Notes under the pieces: generated by a model | The model's database searches: none | Told to the model about the DNA's origin: nothing | What the model saw: the letters and a program-made list of their open reading frames with translations, nothing else | Origin: Eledone cirrhosa | Taxonomy: Eukaryota | DNA length: 64,000 nucleotides | Assembly (NCBI GenBank): GCA_964016885.1 | Contig: OZ024740.1 | Span: 312,108,001 to 312,172,000, forward strand | Reading direction: 5' to 3' | In this document: one piece after another, positions 1 through 12,321 of the stretch | Numbering within the stretch: position 1 is the first letter of the stretch | Layout: each line of letters begins with the position of its first letter | Translations under genes and position numbers: made by a program

Positions 1-15
1 CGTGAAAGTTCTTCT

Positions 16-1257
16 TCATACAACAAAAAGGTTAAAATGTATTTCTCCAACATGAATTACATAGATTTTCCCCAGAGCTGGCTTTTGTTGGTAGCCTGGT
101 AATGGTGTGTGATACTGAAACAGTGGGTCATGCTGTAGCCATTCTGTTGTGAAACCATATCTTGTGTTGACATAAATGGAACAACCAAGAAGGGTTGCCA
201 TACCAAATATTTCAGCATGAGTTGCCCAAGTACTTTCTCTTTTCATTCTCCGAATATGTTTTGAGAAACTATAGTCAATATAAGCTTCAAATTTTTCTCT
301 ATGGCTTTCCATAAAATCACATAATTTTGCTCGTAATTTGCTGTGAAATGTCTGCTGCCCTGTCAATTCTTGGCTGATGCAGCGAAAAAAACAATTGCCA
401 TCACTCATTACAGAGTAAATTGTCCCAAAATAACCTCCTTTTAAAATGGGGTTATTATTAACATTAGCCCTGGCATCATGAGATAAGTCCAAAAACTGAC
501 ATATCCTTTCTTTCCATTGATGATCAATATATTTGGGAATGTAGTCAAGAGGGGGTGGAGGTTGATAAGTGGCAAAATGATTGATGAGAGAAGGATAGCC
601 ATAGGGATAAGGGCAGTAGCGGGTAGGTGATGGAGGATGTCGAGTGTGAGTAGGAGAAGGTGGAGCTGAGCAATTACTAAGATTTCCATTTGACAAAGAG
701 TGTTGATTATTAAGTAAGGGAAATTGGTTAGTTGGGGGAGGAGAGAAGCTGGGAGGAGAATACTGGTTATAGGGAGGAGAGGAAAAATTAGAAGGGGGAC
801 ATTGGTTATAGGGGGGAGGAGATAAGGTAGTAGGAGAACATTGGTTAAAAGGGGGAGAGGAGAAGTTTGGAGGGGAACATTGGTTATAGGGGGGAGGGGA
901 TAAGGTGGTAGGGGGTGGAGAGAAGCTGAGGGATTGATAATAGCTGGGAGGTGGTGCTGAGTGGGCCCTGGTATCTGGTTGTTGGGCATTAGTTGGGTAT
1001 ACAGTGTATGGAGGTGGGAACTGGGTAGCAGCGGATGAATATATAGCATTAACAGAACTGTTAGAGTTAGTATTTGGGGTATTTGTAGATGTTGTACAGC
1101 AGTTATTTGAGGTAGCTGGTGATGGTAACAAAGATGGAACATTGCCATTAGGAGTACAATTATAAGGCACAGGCTGGTACCAGTGGTTAACTGGATAGTT
1201 ATAGCAACTATTAGCAAGGTTGCTATATGAGTGAGAAAATTGAGGATTATTATTCAT
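16..1257 (-). CDS. Single-exon protein: N-terminal Pro/Ser/Asn/Tyr-rich low-complexity region with 13-aa repeats plus C-terminal OTU-like cysteine protease (deubiquitinase) domain
   Basis: 413-aa uninterrupted ORF; OTU motifs SDGNCFFRCIS (catalytic Cys loop), WATHAEIFGMATLLGCSIYV and IHVGEIHFN (His/Asn); candidate splice acceptors (tttcag) just upstream at ~1271-1281 and an in-frame stop at ~1290. Confidence 0.8.
   Translation of the reverse strand: MNNNPQFSHSYSNLANSCYNYPVNHWYQPVPYNCTPNGNVPSLLPSPATSNNCCTTSTNTPNTNSNSSVNAIYSSAATQFPPPYTVYPTNAQQPDTRAHSAPPPSYYQSLSFSPPPTTLSPPPYNQCSPPNFSSPPFNQCSPTTLSPPPYNQCPPSNFSSPPYNQYSPPSFSPPPTNQFPLLNNQHSLSNGNLSNCSAPPSPTHTRHPPSPTRYCPYPYGYPSLINHFATYQPPPPLDYIPKYIDHQWKERICQFLDLSHDARANVNNNPILKGGYFGTIYSVMSDGNCFFRCISQELTGQQTFHSKLRAKLCDFMESHREKFEAYIDYSFSKHIRRMKRESTWATHAEIFGMATLLGCSIYVNTRYGFTTEWLQHDPLFQYHTPLPGYQQKPALGKIYVIHVGEIHFNLFVV
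725..930 (-). repeat. Coding tandem repeat, ~39-bp unit (PPYNQCSPPNFSS-like), ~5 copies
   Basis: Plus-strand unit ...ttggttatagggggaggagagaag... recurs at ~724, 764, 802, 841 and 881; translation PPYNQCSPPNFSS/PPFNQCSPTTLSP/PPYNQCPPSNFSS/PPYNQYSPPSFSP. Confidence 0.8.
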
Positions 1258-2559
1258 TGGTACACACGGACTGAAACACTGAAATAGGAATCAATTTGGA
1301 CAAGCTACAGTCAAGTATTTTTTTTTCCTGCAGGCTACAAAAATAATTCCAAACTAAAGAAAAAAGTCAATATTTGAAGTGCAACAAAACGAAGTCACAA
1401 ATAACCAAATAAATGAATGTAAAATTAAATAAGCAAATAAGTTGCAGTAAAATAGGTATTTTTCCTCCACTTTTACGATTTTCATTTGTCAAATTTTGTA
1501 TGAAGTATATAAATGAAAAACACGTAGCTTAATAAAAATATGTTGATACATTTTTTAAAATCCAGTTTGAATGCGTTGGATGTTAAATAGTAGTTCCTAC
1601 CAACTGAAATTTTAGTTTTTGTATCCTCATAGAACAACAAATCATCAAATTGCTTCAGTTGTCACCAGTAATATTTTAACCCAGTGTCTGGCATTCCTCC
1701 TCCTATAATCCTAAATCTGTGGTTGAACATGCGCACAATTATTAGAGGAGAAAGATTTAAAGCAAGGCCTACTTATATATAGATTAACTAGATATGAGAT
1801 TATCCAGCTTACAGAAACCTTCAAAGTCTGCCAAAGCTAATATAGAGAAAATAACAACAGACAACAGCTGAACAAATGTGTATAGTAACAGTATCTTCTG
1901 CTGATGGACTTGGTAAGAAGTAATGCAGTTTGTGATGAAGTTACTAGTGAGAATATAGATAAAGCAATAAAATTTATACAGTCAGCAAACTTTAGAACAG
2001 CTATTTTGCATTGATTTGTAAAATCAGTGAGAGAAAAATAAAGTCACAAGAGTTTTAATAAACTATAATCTGGAGTTATAAATCAACTGAGATGTAAGGA
2101 TTATCGTAGTATGTCAGTTGTTTTTATCAATTGAAGGTAAATTATAAACAAAGCTTAACAAATTTAGAATTAATTAAAAATCCATTGCAATTTCATAGAA
2201 ATTGAGACAACACTCAATTTTCACTCTCTCTCTCTCACACACACACACACCTAATAAGAGCACAATGGAAGTGATTTGTTGGGAGTTATAGAAGGTTGTA
2301 CTTATTGCAAGTTAGAGTGGATGAGGTGTTTTGTATGAAATCTGAGAAGTGAGGTACAAAACATGTGTTGGATTGTATGCAACTAGCTACTTCAAAACAG
2401 AGGCCAATGCAATAGTGACAGATATAGCAGAGAAGACGTGTGTGCATTTGTAGCAGCAACATATCCCCATTATATGAGTGGTACTTCAATGTATGTCGCA
2501 TTTAAGATTTGGTTAGTAGCTGAACACAGCCAAAGCATTTTCTGGCTTCAGAGTCTTTA

Positions 2560-2958
2560 GGATCCAGTTTTAGCAATGTTTGGTGGCTAGTGATAAGAAG
2601 GGTATCCATCTGTAGAAACCAATCCCCACAAAAGAGTTGAGAGGGCTCGTCAGTTATGTCAAGGGCATGACAACCTCTCTAGTGTTAGTGAAACAATAAA
2701 TCACACCCAGTGCATTCTGTTAAGTGGTTGGTGATAGGAAAGGCATCCAGCCATGGAAAACTTGCCAAACAATGGGTAGTGAGGCCTCTTTAATTGGATG
2801 GAAGACATGACAAACTCGCTAGTGCTGGTGTCACAATAAAATGCATGATGCACTCGGTTGAGTGCAAGATCAGTGGCTTAATTGAATAATGACTTGGTCT
2901 GCAATGACTTATCCAACCCTTGCTAGCAGGGAAAGTAGACATTAAATGATGATGATAT
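2560..2958 (+). mobile_element. Old RTE-type LINE/SINE 3' UTR relic ending in (GAT)n
   Basis: Motifs tggttggtgataggaaaggcatccagcc and ccaacccttgctagcagggaaagtagacattaaatgatgatga match the 3' ends of the younger RTE copies at ~8770-8915 and ~50320-50475. Confidence 0.6.
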
Positions 2959-3935
2959 ATATATATATGAGATCATCATCAGAGATCATTGGGATTTGTG
3001 AAGCTTAGCATCTGTAGTTATTTTGAGGGTTGTTTTAGTTAGGTATGTTTTATGTATAGATAAACAAGGTTGTTGCCTTGTCATGTGGAATAATTGTATG
3101 TCTGTGATGCTGAAAGAGATTAGGTTGTTATGTTTCTGTCTAAGGATGTTCAGGGAGAGAATGCAGGTCATGATGGTATGAAACGATGAGTAGTGTATTT
3201 TACAGGATCAAAAGAATGTTTCACTGCAAGGAAATTACATTGAAAAAAGAGTTTGAGACATAGTAGGGTTGTTCTTTAGATCCATGTCAGCCCTGATCAA
3301 GCAAATCTATGGTCAAAGACATCCCAGCACGAATCAGATTATTAAATGTGTCCTCCTTTTCTAAGATGCTACAGAGTCATTCAAGTGAGACTTGGTTGCT
3401 ATTTCTAGCAAGTTGAATGACTGCATAAAGGGTCATTCAAAATCACTTTTTTTGAAAAGTGAATATAATATATATTAAAAATGCCTTTCTTAAAAACATG
3501 GCTCTCTTTGTAAAAAATGGTAATCAATTGATTTAAACTCAAAATCTACAAACAAGATGTGGTCTTCCAACCTATTTAGGAGGCAGTAACTACAAATTAG
3601 AAGTGACCTGGACCATGATAACTTGTCCAACCCATACCAGTAAGGAAATTGGTTGTAAAATGATGCTGGTATGTATATCAGTTGTGGAGTAAGAAAAACA
3701 AAGTTGATTTTGACAAAATTTGAACTCAGAAGCAACAAACTATAGCAATATTTATTGATATATACAATAAATTGTATTAGATGATATTACATAAATTTTG
3801 GTCAGATGATACGAGGTGAAGTAGAATTCCTTTAATCAAGCTATAGATTAACAGTCAAGCCTTCATTTCATTGAGTAGGAAAGCCAAGCCAGGCTCTTAA
3901 TAATTTCATTACTACATTTCTAATCAAAAACACTG

Positions 3936-3981
<46 letters not shown>

Positions 3982-3982
<1 letters not shown>

Positions 3983-5870
3983 GGGATAACAAATTATTGT
4001 TATAGGTAGTCCACTTAGATGTAGTCCAAAAATAGAGGTAACAAGACTAGACATAGAGTTAGGCACGTAGCACCTAGAGTAAGTGGTCCAAACACCAATA
4101 ATGTAAACCCTGGAAACTATAGAAGAATTAGAGAAAGAAAATACCTGTGGTTCAATCCAATCTTCAACTCCTCTGTAAAAACTAGACTGCCTTCTACGTT
4201 CTTTAAACTAATAGATAAACATTTCCCTATATCACATAGATATCATAAAATCCTCAATAGAAAAACTATAAAACTCTCATACTCTACGGCTGCAAATATA
4301 GAATCCCACATACGCAAGATCAACCACAGAAATACCTCTAGGGAAACTGCCCCACCTATGCGCGACATAGCACCAAATTCTAAACATAAACACATCACAG
4401 TATCACAACCGCAAACGCATACAAGCACGCAGCAGCAAAACCTCAACGAGCACGAATCACAACCCACTTATAGCAGTGTACAAAACAGCAGTGTGGAAGC
4501 TGCACGGAATAACACCTCAAACTGCAACTGTCACCTACCAGATAGGTGCCCATTGGCGAACAGATGCCTTGATTCGAGCCTAGTGTACATGTGTACGGTG
4601 AACTCGGGCAACTCCACTTGGCATTACATTGGATCCACCGCGGGTGCTTTTAAAAAAAGATGGTATGTGCACAGACATTTGATGAAGAACCGTGCACTAA
4701 TAGGTTCTACAACCCTCGCCAAAAAAATCTGGGAACTTAAGGACAATAACATCAACTACAATATCAACTGGTCGAGGTCGTCGGCCCAAGGGCATATAGT
4801 ACCGGTATGTCCTATTGTAGGCTCTGCGACCTTGAATTACTGTATAGGAACGAAAAAAGGCTACTCAACAAGATAGAAAGGTCAATTTTCTGCAGACACA
4901 GGATCGCTACTAAATTAACAAGATTTAAGCCACCGTGAATCGAACCAACATAACTTAGCATTCAACATATGAAATCCACACTCTCACACAAACCACCACA
5001 GAACTATAATATTCTTTAAGCAGCTTCTAGCCTCCTTAATTCTATACCACAGTAATGTCTGCAAATATCTTATCAACCCATAAATATATCTCCTCTCAGC
5101 TGCTGTCAACACAACTTCCTCACCCTTGATTCTCAACAGATGAATCTAAATCCAAGTACATTATTAGAATAAGGACACAGTCCGTAAAACATCACCTTCC
5201 TCCCTTTGTTATAATTGTTGTCAGCATGTTTTCTCTCTCTCTATATATATATTGCTTCCATAACCTCTGTATTAACTTACCTATTATATTGCTACTCTGT
5301 TGGTGTTATCTTATACATGCATGTTATTGATGATGTGAAAGCTAAACAACCCCATGATTCGAACTAACAATCCCTTCATCTAATATAGACCACTTAAATA
5401 TTGAATCCGCTTTACACCACATAAAAATTACTATCCTCACTACAATGAAAATATTTTATCTGTCAGATAATAAATAATTGTTACGGTCAGCAAACCTACA
5501 GTAAAGGAAATGGTACATTGTTTCAAGCCCCGGCTAATCTCTACACTATATATAATACACCCCATGACAGCTTTTACATGTCAATTTCCTACATCTGTCT
5601 CATATCAGCTCGTTTTACATGCTAAAGTCATAAGTATACTCTATGTCTTACTTAGATTGTATATATAGAAGCCATGCCTGTGTATTCCCTTCATTCTCGC
5701 AAGCTCTGATGAATTGACTGGTTATAACTGTATTGGTGATCGATTGACGCAGAAACAGGCAGGTAGCAATCTCTAGACCTACCAGTTCAGAGAAACAATT
5801 GTCAGCAATGTGATTAAAGCCCTTATTGTATAGCATACCGTGTTACTCTTCTTTCTTGATTTATATATAT
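3982..5870 (+). mobile_element. 5'-truncated Penelope-like retroelement (Naiad-like), RT C-terminal part, GIY-YIG endonuclease and 3' pLTR; frameshifted
   Basis: Translates RKRKYLWFNPIFNSSVKTRLPSTFFKLIDKHFP...KLSYS, NCNCHLPDRCPL...LVYMCTV...WHYIGSTAGAFKKRWYVH and CRLCDLE...LLNKIERSIFCRH; homologous to 38760-39560; flanked by (TA)n. Confidence 0.85.
5703..5767 (+). ncRNA. Degenerate type I hammerhead ribozyme candidate in PLE pLTR
   Basis: CTGATGA (5706-5712) ... imperfect hairpin ... GAAAC (5752-5756); stems I and III fit poorly. Confidence 0.35.
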
Positions 5871-8800
5871 GCGAGCTACCAAGCACCCATGTGAAGCCCT
5901 AATCCAGAGACAGGAAGCACACACACACCCCTGCAAAAATCGACCCTTCCCTATGAATGTCGACAAATGCCCAAAACTCCGAGTTCGTACCATCAATGTA
6001 AGCACAATGAAAGGAAGAGCGGAGAAATCGTAGAAATGCTAGAGCGAAAGGAAATTGGTGTATGCTGTGTGCAAGAGACTAGATGGAGAGGAGAGTCTGC
6101 TAGAGTCCTTGTAGGAAAAAGTCAGTGCTACAAATTTTTCTGGGTGGGAAATGACGATGGGATGGGTGGTGTAGGTATACTACTAGCTGACAAGTGGGTA
6201 GATAAAGTAATCTCAGTGTACAGGGTAAATGCAAGAATCATTAAACTCAGACTAGTCCTGAATAAAACAATTACCACAATAATATCAGCTTACTCACCCC
6301 AATCGGGGTTGCCAGACGAACTTAAGGATAGGTTTTACGAGTCCCTAATGCACACTACTGCTCTAACAAACGACAATGACTTCCTAATCATCGCAGGAGA
6401 TTTTAATGGACACGTAGGTAAACACTGTGACGGCTTCAATAGAGTCCATGGAGGCCATGGGTTGGCACAAGAAATGAAGAAGGATTCCGACTTCTAGAAT
6501 TCTGCGACGCCAATGACATGTCGATTTGTAACACAAACTTCAAAAAACCCGACAACCACCTGATCACCTATAGATCAGGGGAGCATTCTAGTTAGATAGA
6601 TTTTATCCTCATCAGAGGACGTGACAGATGGACGGTCGTAAACACAAAAGCCTACCCTAGTGAGGAATGTACCTCCCAACATAGCTTAGTTGTCAATTAC
6701 ATAGAGACCAAGAGAGAAGCTAGGCGACAAGTATACTTAGCTAGGAGGGAAGCAGAGGATAGAAAATTCAAGCATGTTTTGCAACGTGAGGACCAGAAAC
6801 AGGAGGTGTTCAAGATTGCGAGGCAGTGTGTCAGAGAGAATTGTGATGTCATTAGAGAGAAGTGTATCCAGAATGATAAAGGTGAGCTTGCCCTCACAAG
6901 TGCTAAGAAGAAAGATGCATGAAAGAGCCATTATGATAGATTACTAAAGGAGGAGAATGCATGGGAAGAAGAGACCCTACCCCAAGTAGACCCTATAGAG
7001 GGGCCAGCAGTACAAGTCAGCAGCAGCGTAGTAAGTAAGGCAATCAAAGATATGAAGATGGGGAAGGCAACCGGTCCATCGGGTATAGCTGCCGAGATGC
7101 TGAAGACGTCTGGGTCTGTAGGTCACACTATAACCACACGTATTGTTAACCAGGTAATACTAGAAGTGTCATACCAAAAGATTGGTGCAGTAGCATCATT
7201 GTCAACTGCTACAAAGGTAAAGGTGATGCACTCAATAGAGGAAACTATAGAGGTATAAAGCTGATGGACCAGGTCATGAAAGTAACAGAAAGAGTTATAG
7301 TACAGTTGATTAGGGACCGGGTGAAACTAGATGAGATGCAATTTGGGTTTGTACCAGGAAGAGGCACCATTGATGCCTTCTTCCTTGTGAGGCAGTTACA
7401 GGAAAAGTACCTAGCTAAAAGTAAGCCACTCTACCTGGCATTAGTTGATCTCAAGAAAGCCTTTGACAGAGTTCCACGTGCTGTAATCTGGTGGGCTCTT
7501 AGAAAACTAGGAGTAGATGAATGGCTTGTGAAAGCTGTACAAGCCATGTATAGGGGAGCAGTCAGCAAAGTTAGGATTAGCAATGAGTATAGCGAGGAAT
7601 TTAGCGTACAGGTTGGTGTCCACCAGGGCTCTGTTCTTAGCCCTCTCTTCTTCATCATAGTCCTGCAGGCAATAACGGAGGAGTTTAAAACCGGATGCCC
7701 ATGGGAACTCCTGTATGCTGACGACCTCGCACTTATAGCTGAATCTATGGTAGAACTAGAGAAGAAATTCCAAACTTGGAAGCAGGGACTAGAAAGAAAG
7801 GGTCTCAAAGTCAACATGACAAAGACTAAGGTCCTTGTAAGTAGACGAGAAAACAGAACCCAGATCCCCTCTCTGCCCCAAATGCAAACAATGGGTACAC
7901 AAGAGATGTAGCGGGATCTCAGGAAGCTTAATTAAGAATGTAGGCTTCACATGTAGCAGCTGTGCTGGGACAGCAAGCAGCAAACAGCCACAGGAAACAA
8001 GTACCACCAATCTCTGGGAGGGCTCTGTAGAAACAGTAGACAGCTTCTGCTACCTAGGTGACCAAATTAGCAGCGGAGGTGGGTGTTCAGAAAGTACAAT
8101 AACTAGAGTAAGAACGGGATGGAAGAAGTTCAGGGAACAACTGCCACTGCTAGCTGCAAAAGGCTTCTCCCTCAAAATGAAAGGCAGACTGTATGATGTG
8201 TGTATCCGAACAGCAATGTTACATGGTAGTGTGACTTGGGCGCTGAAGGTGGAAGACTTATGTAGATTAGAAAGAAACGAAGCCTGCATGCTCCGATGGA
8301 TGTGTAATAGTAATATATGCGAACGACAAAGCATAAATGAATTGAGAGAGAGACTGAGCATAAGAGGAATCAAATGCTGTGTGCAGGAGAGGCGGTTGCG
8401 TTGGTATGGACATGTGATGCGTATGAAGGATGACAGCTGCATAAAAAGGTGCAGAGCACTAGAAGTCAATGGAAACCGTGGAGTGGGGAGACCCAAGAAG
8501 ACCTGGGATGAGGTGATAAAAGCCGACCTTACCCAATTACACCTCTCAAAGGCGATGACACACGACCGTGACCTCTGGCGTCACGCAGTAATACAGAGTA
8601 CCCGACCTCCCATGGGTACAAGCTGAAGCATATAGACAATATGCCCCCACACCATCCCACTGCAAGGTGGTCGTGGAGGTGCCACGGCAAAAATGCACCC
8701 AGCCCACACTGTAAAGTGGACGTGTAGGCGCCACGAAAAAGCACCCAGCACTCACTGTAAATGAGGTTGGTGTTAGGAAGGGCATCCAGCTATAGAAATC

Positions 8801-8915
8801 AAGCCAAAATCAGTTCCTGTTTGAGCAAGGCATGGTCAGCCGACCAGACACTGCCCACAACAGGACAACCCATCTAACCCATGCTAGCATGGAAGAACGG
8901 ACGTAAAACGGTGAT
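5871..8915 (+). mobile_element. RTE-clade LINE (APE endonuclease + RT), degenerate with internal deletions
   Basis: APE motifs VCCVQETRW, AYSPQSG, IAGDFNGHVG; RT motifs [30 protein letters not shown]; C-terminal RLRWYGHVMR...GRPKKTW; ~350 bp missing at ~6697 relative to the 46-50 kb copy. Confidence 0.95.
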
Positions 8916-8924
8916 ATATATATG

Positions 8925-9185
8925 AGTGACCCCCTTCAGTATAAATGACTATGGGTTTTGCACCTAGAAAGTTACCCTCCAAGACACAAGCCCAAGCAAA
9001 GTATTTTTGTGGAAGACCAGCAATCACCCATGCATACCAGTCTCCCCTCTTCATGCCCCCAATGTTGTCCAAAGGAAAGGCAAAGGCCGATACAACTTGG
9101 CACCAGTGATGTTGCAATTCCTTTCTACAGCTGAGTGATCTGGAGCAATGTGAAATAAAGTATCTTGCTCAAGGACACAACTCAA
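8925..9185 (-). mobile_element. CORE-type SINE fragment
   Basis: Reverse complement contains gttgtgtccttgagcaagatactttatttcacattgctccagatcactcagctgtagaaag, the same CORE-like domain as the SINEs at 19322 and 24867. Confidence 0.6.
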
Positions 9186-10387
9186 AACACCCTACCATGG
9201 CAAACCAATGTTCAGTCAGTCATAGGTGCAGAACCCATGGTCGGTCATGACTAAAGGGGGCTTACCTTTTCTACGTGTGTGTGTTTATAACTACATTGCT
9301 GAATAAGTGGTGCTACTTGTTAATGCCTTGTCACCTAGCAATTCGACAAACAGAGATTGATAAATACTGGGATTGATACAATCAACATAATCCTTGAAGG
9401 TAGCACCTCAAAATGATAAGTCTGAATGACTGAACTCAGTTAAAGAGTAAATGGTATTATATTGACTTGGATAAAATATATATAAATTAGATTAATAACT
9501 AAATTTATGTGCAACATTTTAGGTTGAGAGATTGGTTAAATAATTTTGAAGATGCTGACAGTAACAAACAAAAACAAATAAAAATACTAAATAAGAAGTT
9601 TTTAAGTGTTGTGCTATAAATAGTGGCTAATAGGAGTTTGTCTGGGATAATAAATTGTTAACTAAATATCTCTATAAATGATTTTCACTTAACTATGGTT
9701 TATTATAAAATAATCTGTATTACTTGTTACTAAGGATATGCTTGAGATTTGATAAAATACATAAGATTAACTATTGAACAGACAGGGGATTGGATAATCC
9801 TGTATGAAGTTATAATGGGGTCTAATAGCCCCCTTACTATAGAAATATATTATTTTGTCTCCTTTTTTTCAGGAAATTGTTAAACAGAAGGAGTGTTAAA
9901 ATACTTTGACAGCACCTAGATGAGTTAGACAACTAAATATGATTACTCTGGGCTTTTGTCTTTGCAACAGCTTAAGATTGGAACCATTTCAATAGGTGGT
10001 GCAATAGAAGTTAATGAGATCAAATAAAAAATGACTATTAGTTTGTGAAGAATGAAAATGAAGAATGAAAATGTACAATAAAAAGAAAAGTGGTGAGTGT
10101 TGAGAATTGAGAATATTTTAAACAATGGTTATGACCAGTTTAACAAAATCAACTGAAACTTGGAAGGATGAATATGTTCTTGATGTCTTATGATTGTGTA
10201 TTTAGCAGGATCTTAAGTATTCTATTTGTGTGATGCAGATTACTTGTTCCAAATTTTGAAGAGGTTGTTGATATAAACTCAGAAATACAAGAAAACTGAC
10301 AGTATGTACATAAATAAATCATCATAAAACAGGTCATAATTGAGCAAATGAAGCAGAATAGTAGTAAATAAAATAGGTGATAATAAT

Positions 10388-10576
10388 TGTTTCTACTATT
10401 GGCACAAGGCCAGAAATTACCCAGTACATTACTGGTACTTTATTTTATCGACCCTGTAAGGATGAAAGGCAAAGTTAACCTCGGCGGGATTTGAACTCAG
10501 AATGGCAAGGGCCGTAACTCTATGCGTCAAAGCATGGCGTCCGACCCTCTACCGATACTGCCAATCCACCGCCCTT
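10388..10576 (-). mobile_element. tRNA-derived SINE (Meta-like central domain) with 15-bp target-site duplication
   Basis: Reverse complement: A box ttggcagtatcgg, B box gagttcaaatcc, gcctttcatccttacagggtcgataaaataaagtaccag; TSD ataggtgataataat at 10373-10387 and 10577-10591; second copy at ~44432-44622. Confidence 0.85.
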
Positions 10577-12113
10577 ATAGGTGATAATAATGTAAAGAAA
10601 AAGGTTGTATCGAATAAACAGGTCATAGTAAATAAAATAGGGTCATAGCTAAGTAAATGATATGTCATAGTTAAGTATATAATATAGGACATAGCTAAGT
10701 AAATAAACAGATCCAGCTTTATTTATTTAATCGTATATAGAAACCCTGCCACCACCCCAGAGAATAAAGTAAATCTTCAATATATCATTCCTTACATTTT
10801 ACTTGAAATATACTAATATATGTATTAAATCTAACTAAATTTAGCTATTAAGCTTTCAAACCAAATACTGATACCTATCATTTTAAAATTCCTTTATTTC
10901 AAAAGTTAGGCTAGCTATTGCTCTAACTTGTCTATTGTCTCTTATGTTTGGTTGGAATATTTACAGTTTTATGGTTGGAAGTGAAATTGGGCAGGAAAGA
11001 GATTTCAATTGTAAGAGAGAAAGATTAGAAGTGTTTCGTGTGAGAAGGTGAGGCAGTGAAAATTAGATTGAATTTGTTAATGCAGGAATGACAGAGTTAG
11101 AAAAGTTGATCATGAAGGTTATTGTATTAGAGACAGAGAAGAGATACAGTACGGTTGGTTTTGGAGAGTTTGTGAAGTCTTGGTTGTTGTTTAGCTGCAA
11201 AACAGTTCAGAGCAGACATAAGAAGAAAGATATTCCAGTTGTGACTATAATGTATTTTAGTCAGACAGCATGTTGAGAACAAAAAGGATCCATTTTTAAA
11301 GAGTGGGATTTAGGGCGATTTGACTGCTGTTTCTAGCAGGCTGAATGAGTTAATTACTTAATAGTTAATTACTTCTGAATCCTGACAATGTACAGAGCCA
11401 ATGCTTGACTCTAGTCTCTAGAGTGGTAAATGATAGGGTGAGAGTCTACAACTACTTTACCCTGTGGAAGGAACTGAACTAAAAACTCAAAGTCAATTTC
11501 ATTTCAGTGTTGGCCATACTTACACTGGTGAATTTATACCCCTAAGTAGTATCTACTTAACACTAGGTTGATTTGGGCACTCAAATTTGTCTTGGCTATG
11601 GACATAATACACAAGGAATGAACAGTTGTATCAGTTGTTTAGGACTGTATGGTTGGAGAAAGTAGTGGCTTATCTATAGAGATGGAAGTTGATAGAAGTA
11701 ATTAAATGCTATGGTACATCTTGTAGTCGCCTGTTGTCAATTGGAACAGGCAAACCAGACAAGACAAAAGACTGTGTTGGTGCTAAGGGAAATAACTGTC
11801 TATATATTTGGATACAAAGCTTACTGGTGATTCTACAGTAAAGACTGAAGTACTTTTTACAAGATATAAAAAAATAAGAGTGTTATTTAAAATTGTGTAA
11901 ACAAAACTCTTAATCTCAATAGTTTTCAAAATGAGTTTTCTTTCAAGCAAAACAATGATATACAAATAGGTTCTCCCAGTTGTATTATATAAAGAAAAAT
12001 TGGTTTTAAATAATCTGTCTAATGAGTTTATTCTTATTCATGTTTTATATAGAGTGCCTTTCACATAAAGAGGAACTCTGCTTCTCAAAATTTCTATTTC
12101 ACTTCCGACTTAA

Positions 12114-12321
12114 CCCTTTAGCATTTAAACCATCCATATCCAGCCAGAGTTCTCTCACCTCTTTCTGTTCAAATCGGGTGTAACTAGCCATTCATACTGA
12201 TGTTAAGGTATTGTTCTCAAAATAAATAATATCAATATCTCATAAATTCGATATTATGTGAGTTAAAGCTTTTACTGTGAAAATACAATAGTATATATAG
12301 AGTAATGTAAATGCTAAAGGG
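12114..12321. mobile_element. piggyBac-family MITE
   Basis: TTAA on both sides (12110-12113, 12322-12325); terminal inverted repeats ccctttagcattta...taaatgctaaaggg; related copy in opposite orientation at 43039-43238. Confidence 0.85.

Noticed and set aside
441-1217. 258-aa alternative-frame ORF overlapping the OTU gene
   Set aside because: Shadow frame of C-rich repetitive coding sequence; no recognisable motif
3490-3738. 82-aa ORF considered as a missing GLB1 or Pro-rich gene exon
   Set aside because: No GH35 motif in the frames I read and no convincing splice pair
10590-10720. Degenerate ~23-bp repeats (ggtcatagctaagtaaat) superficially array-like
   Set aside because: Decayed minisatellite with no unique spacers; eukaryotic context, not CRISPR
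10900-11280. Possible very old PLE/LINE relic (also ~2990-3250)
   Set aside because: Too degenerate to support with motifs by eye
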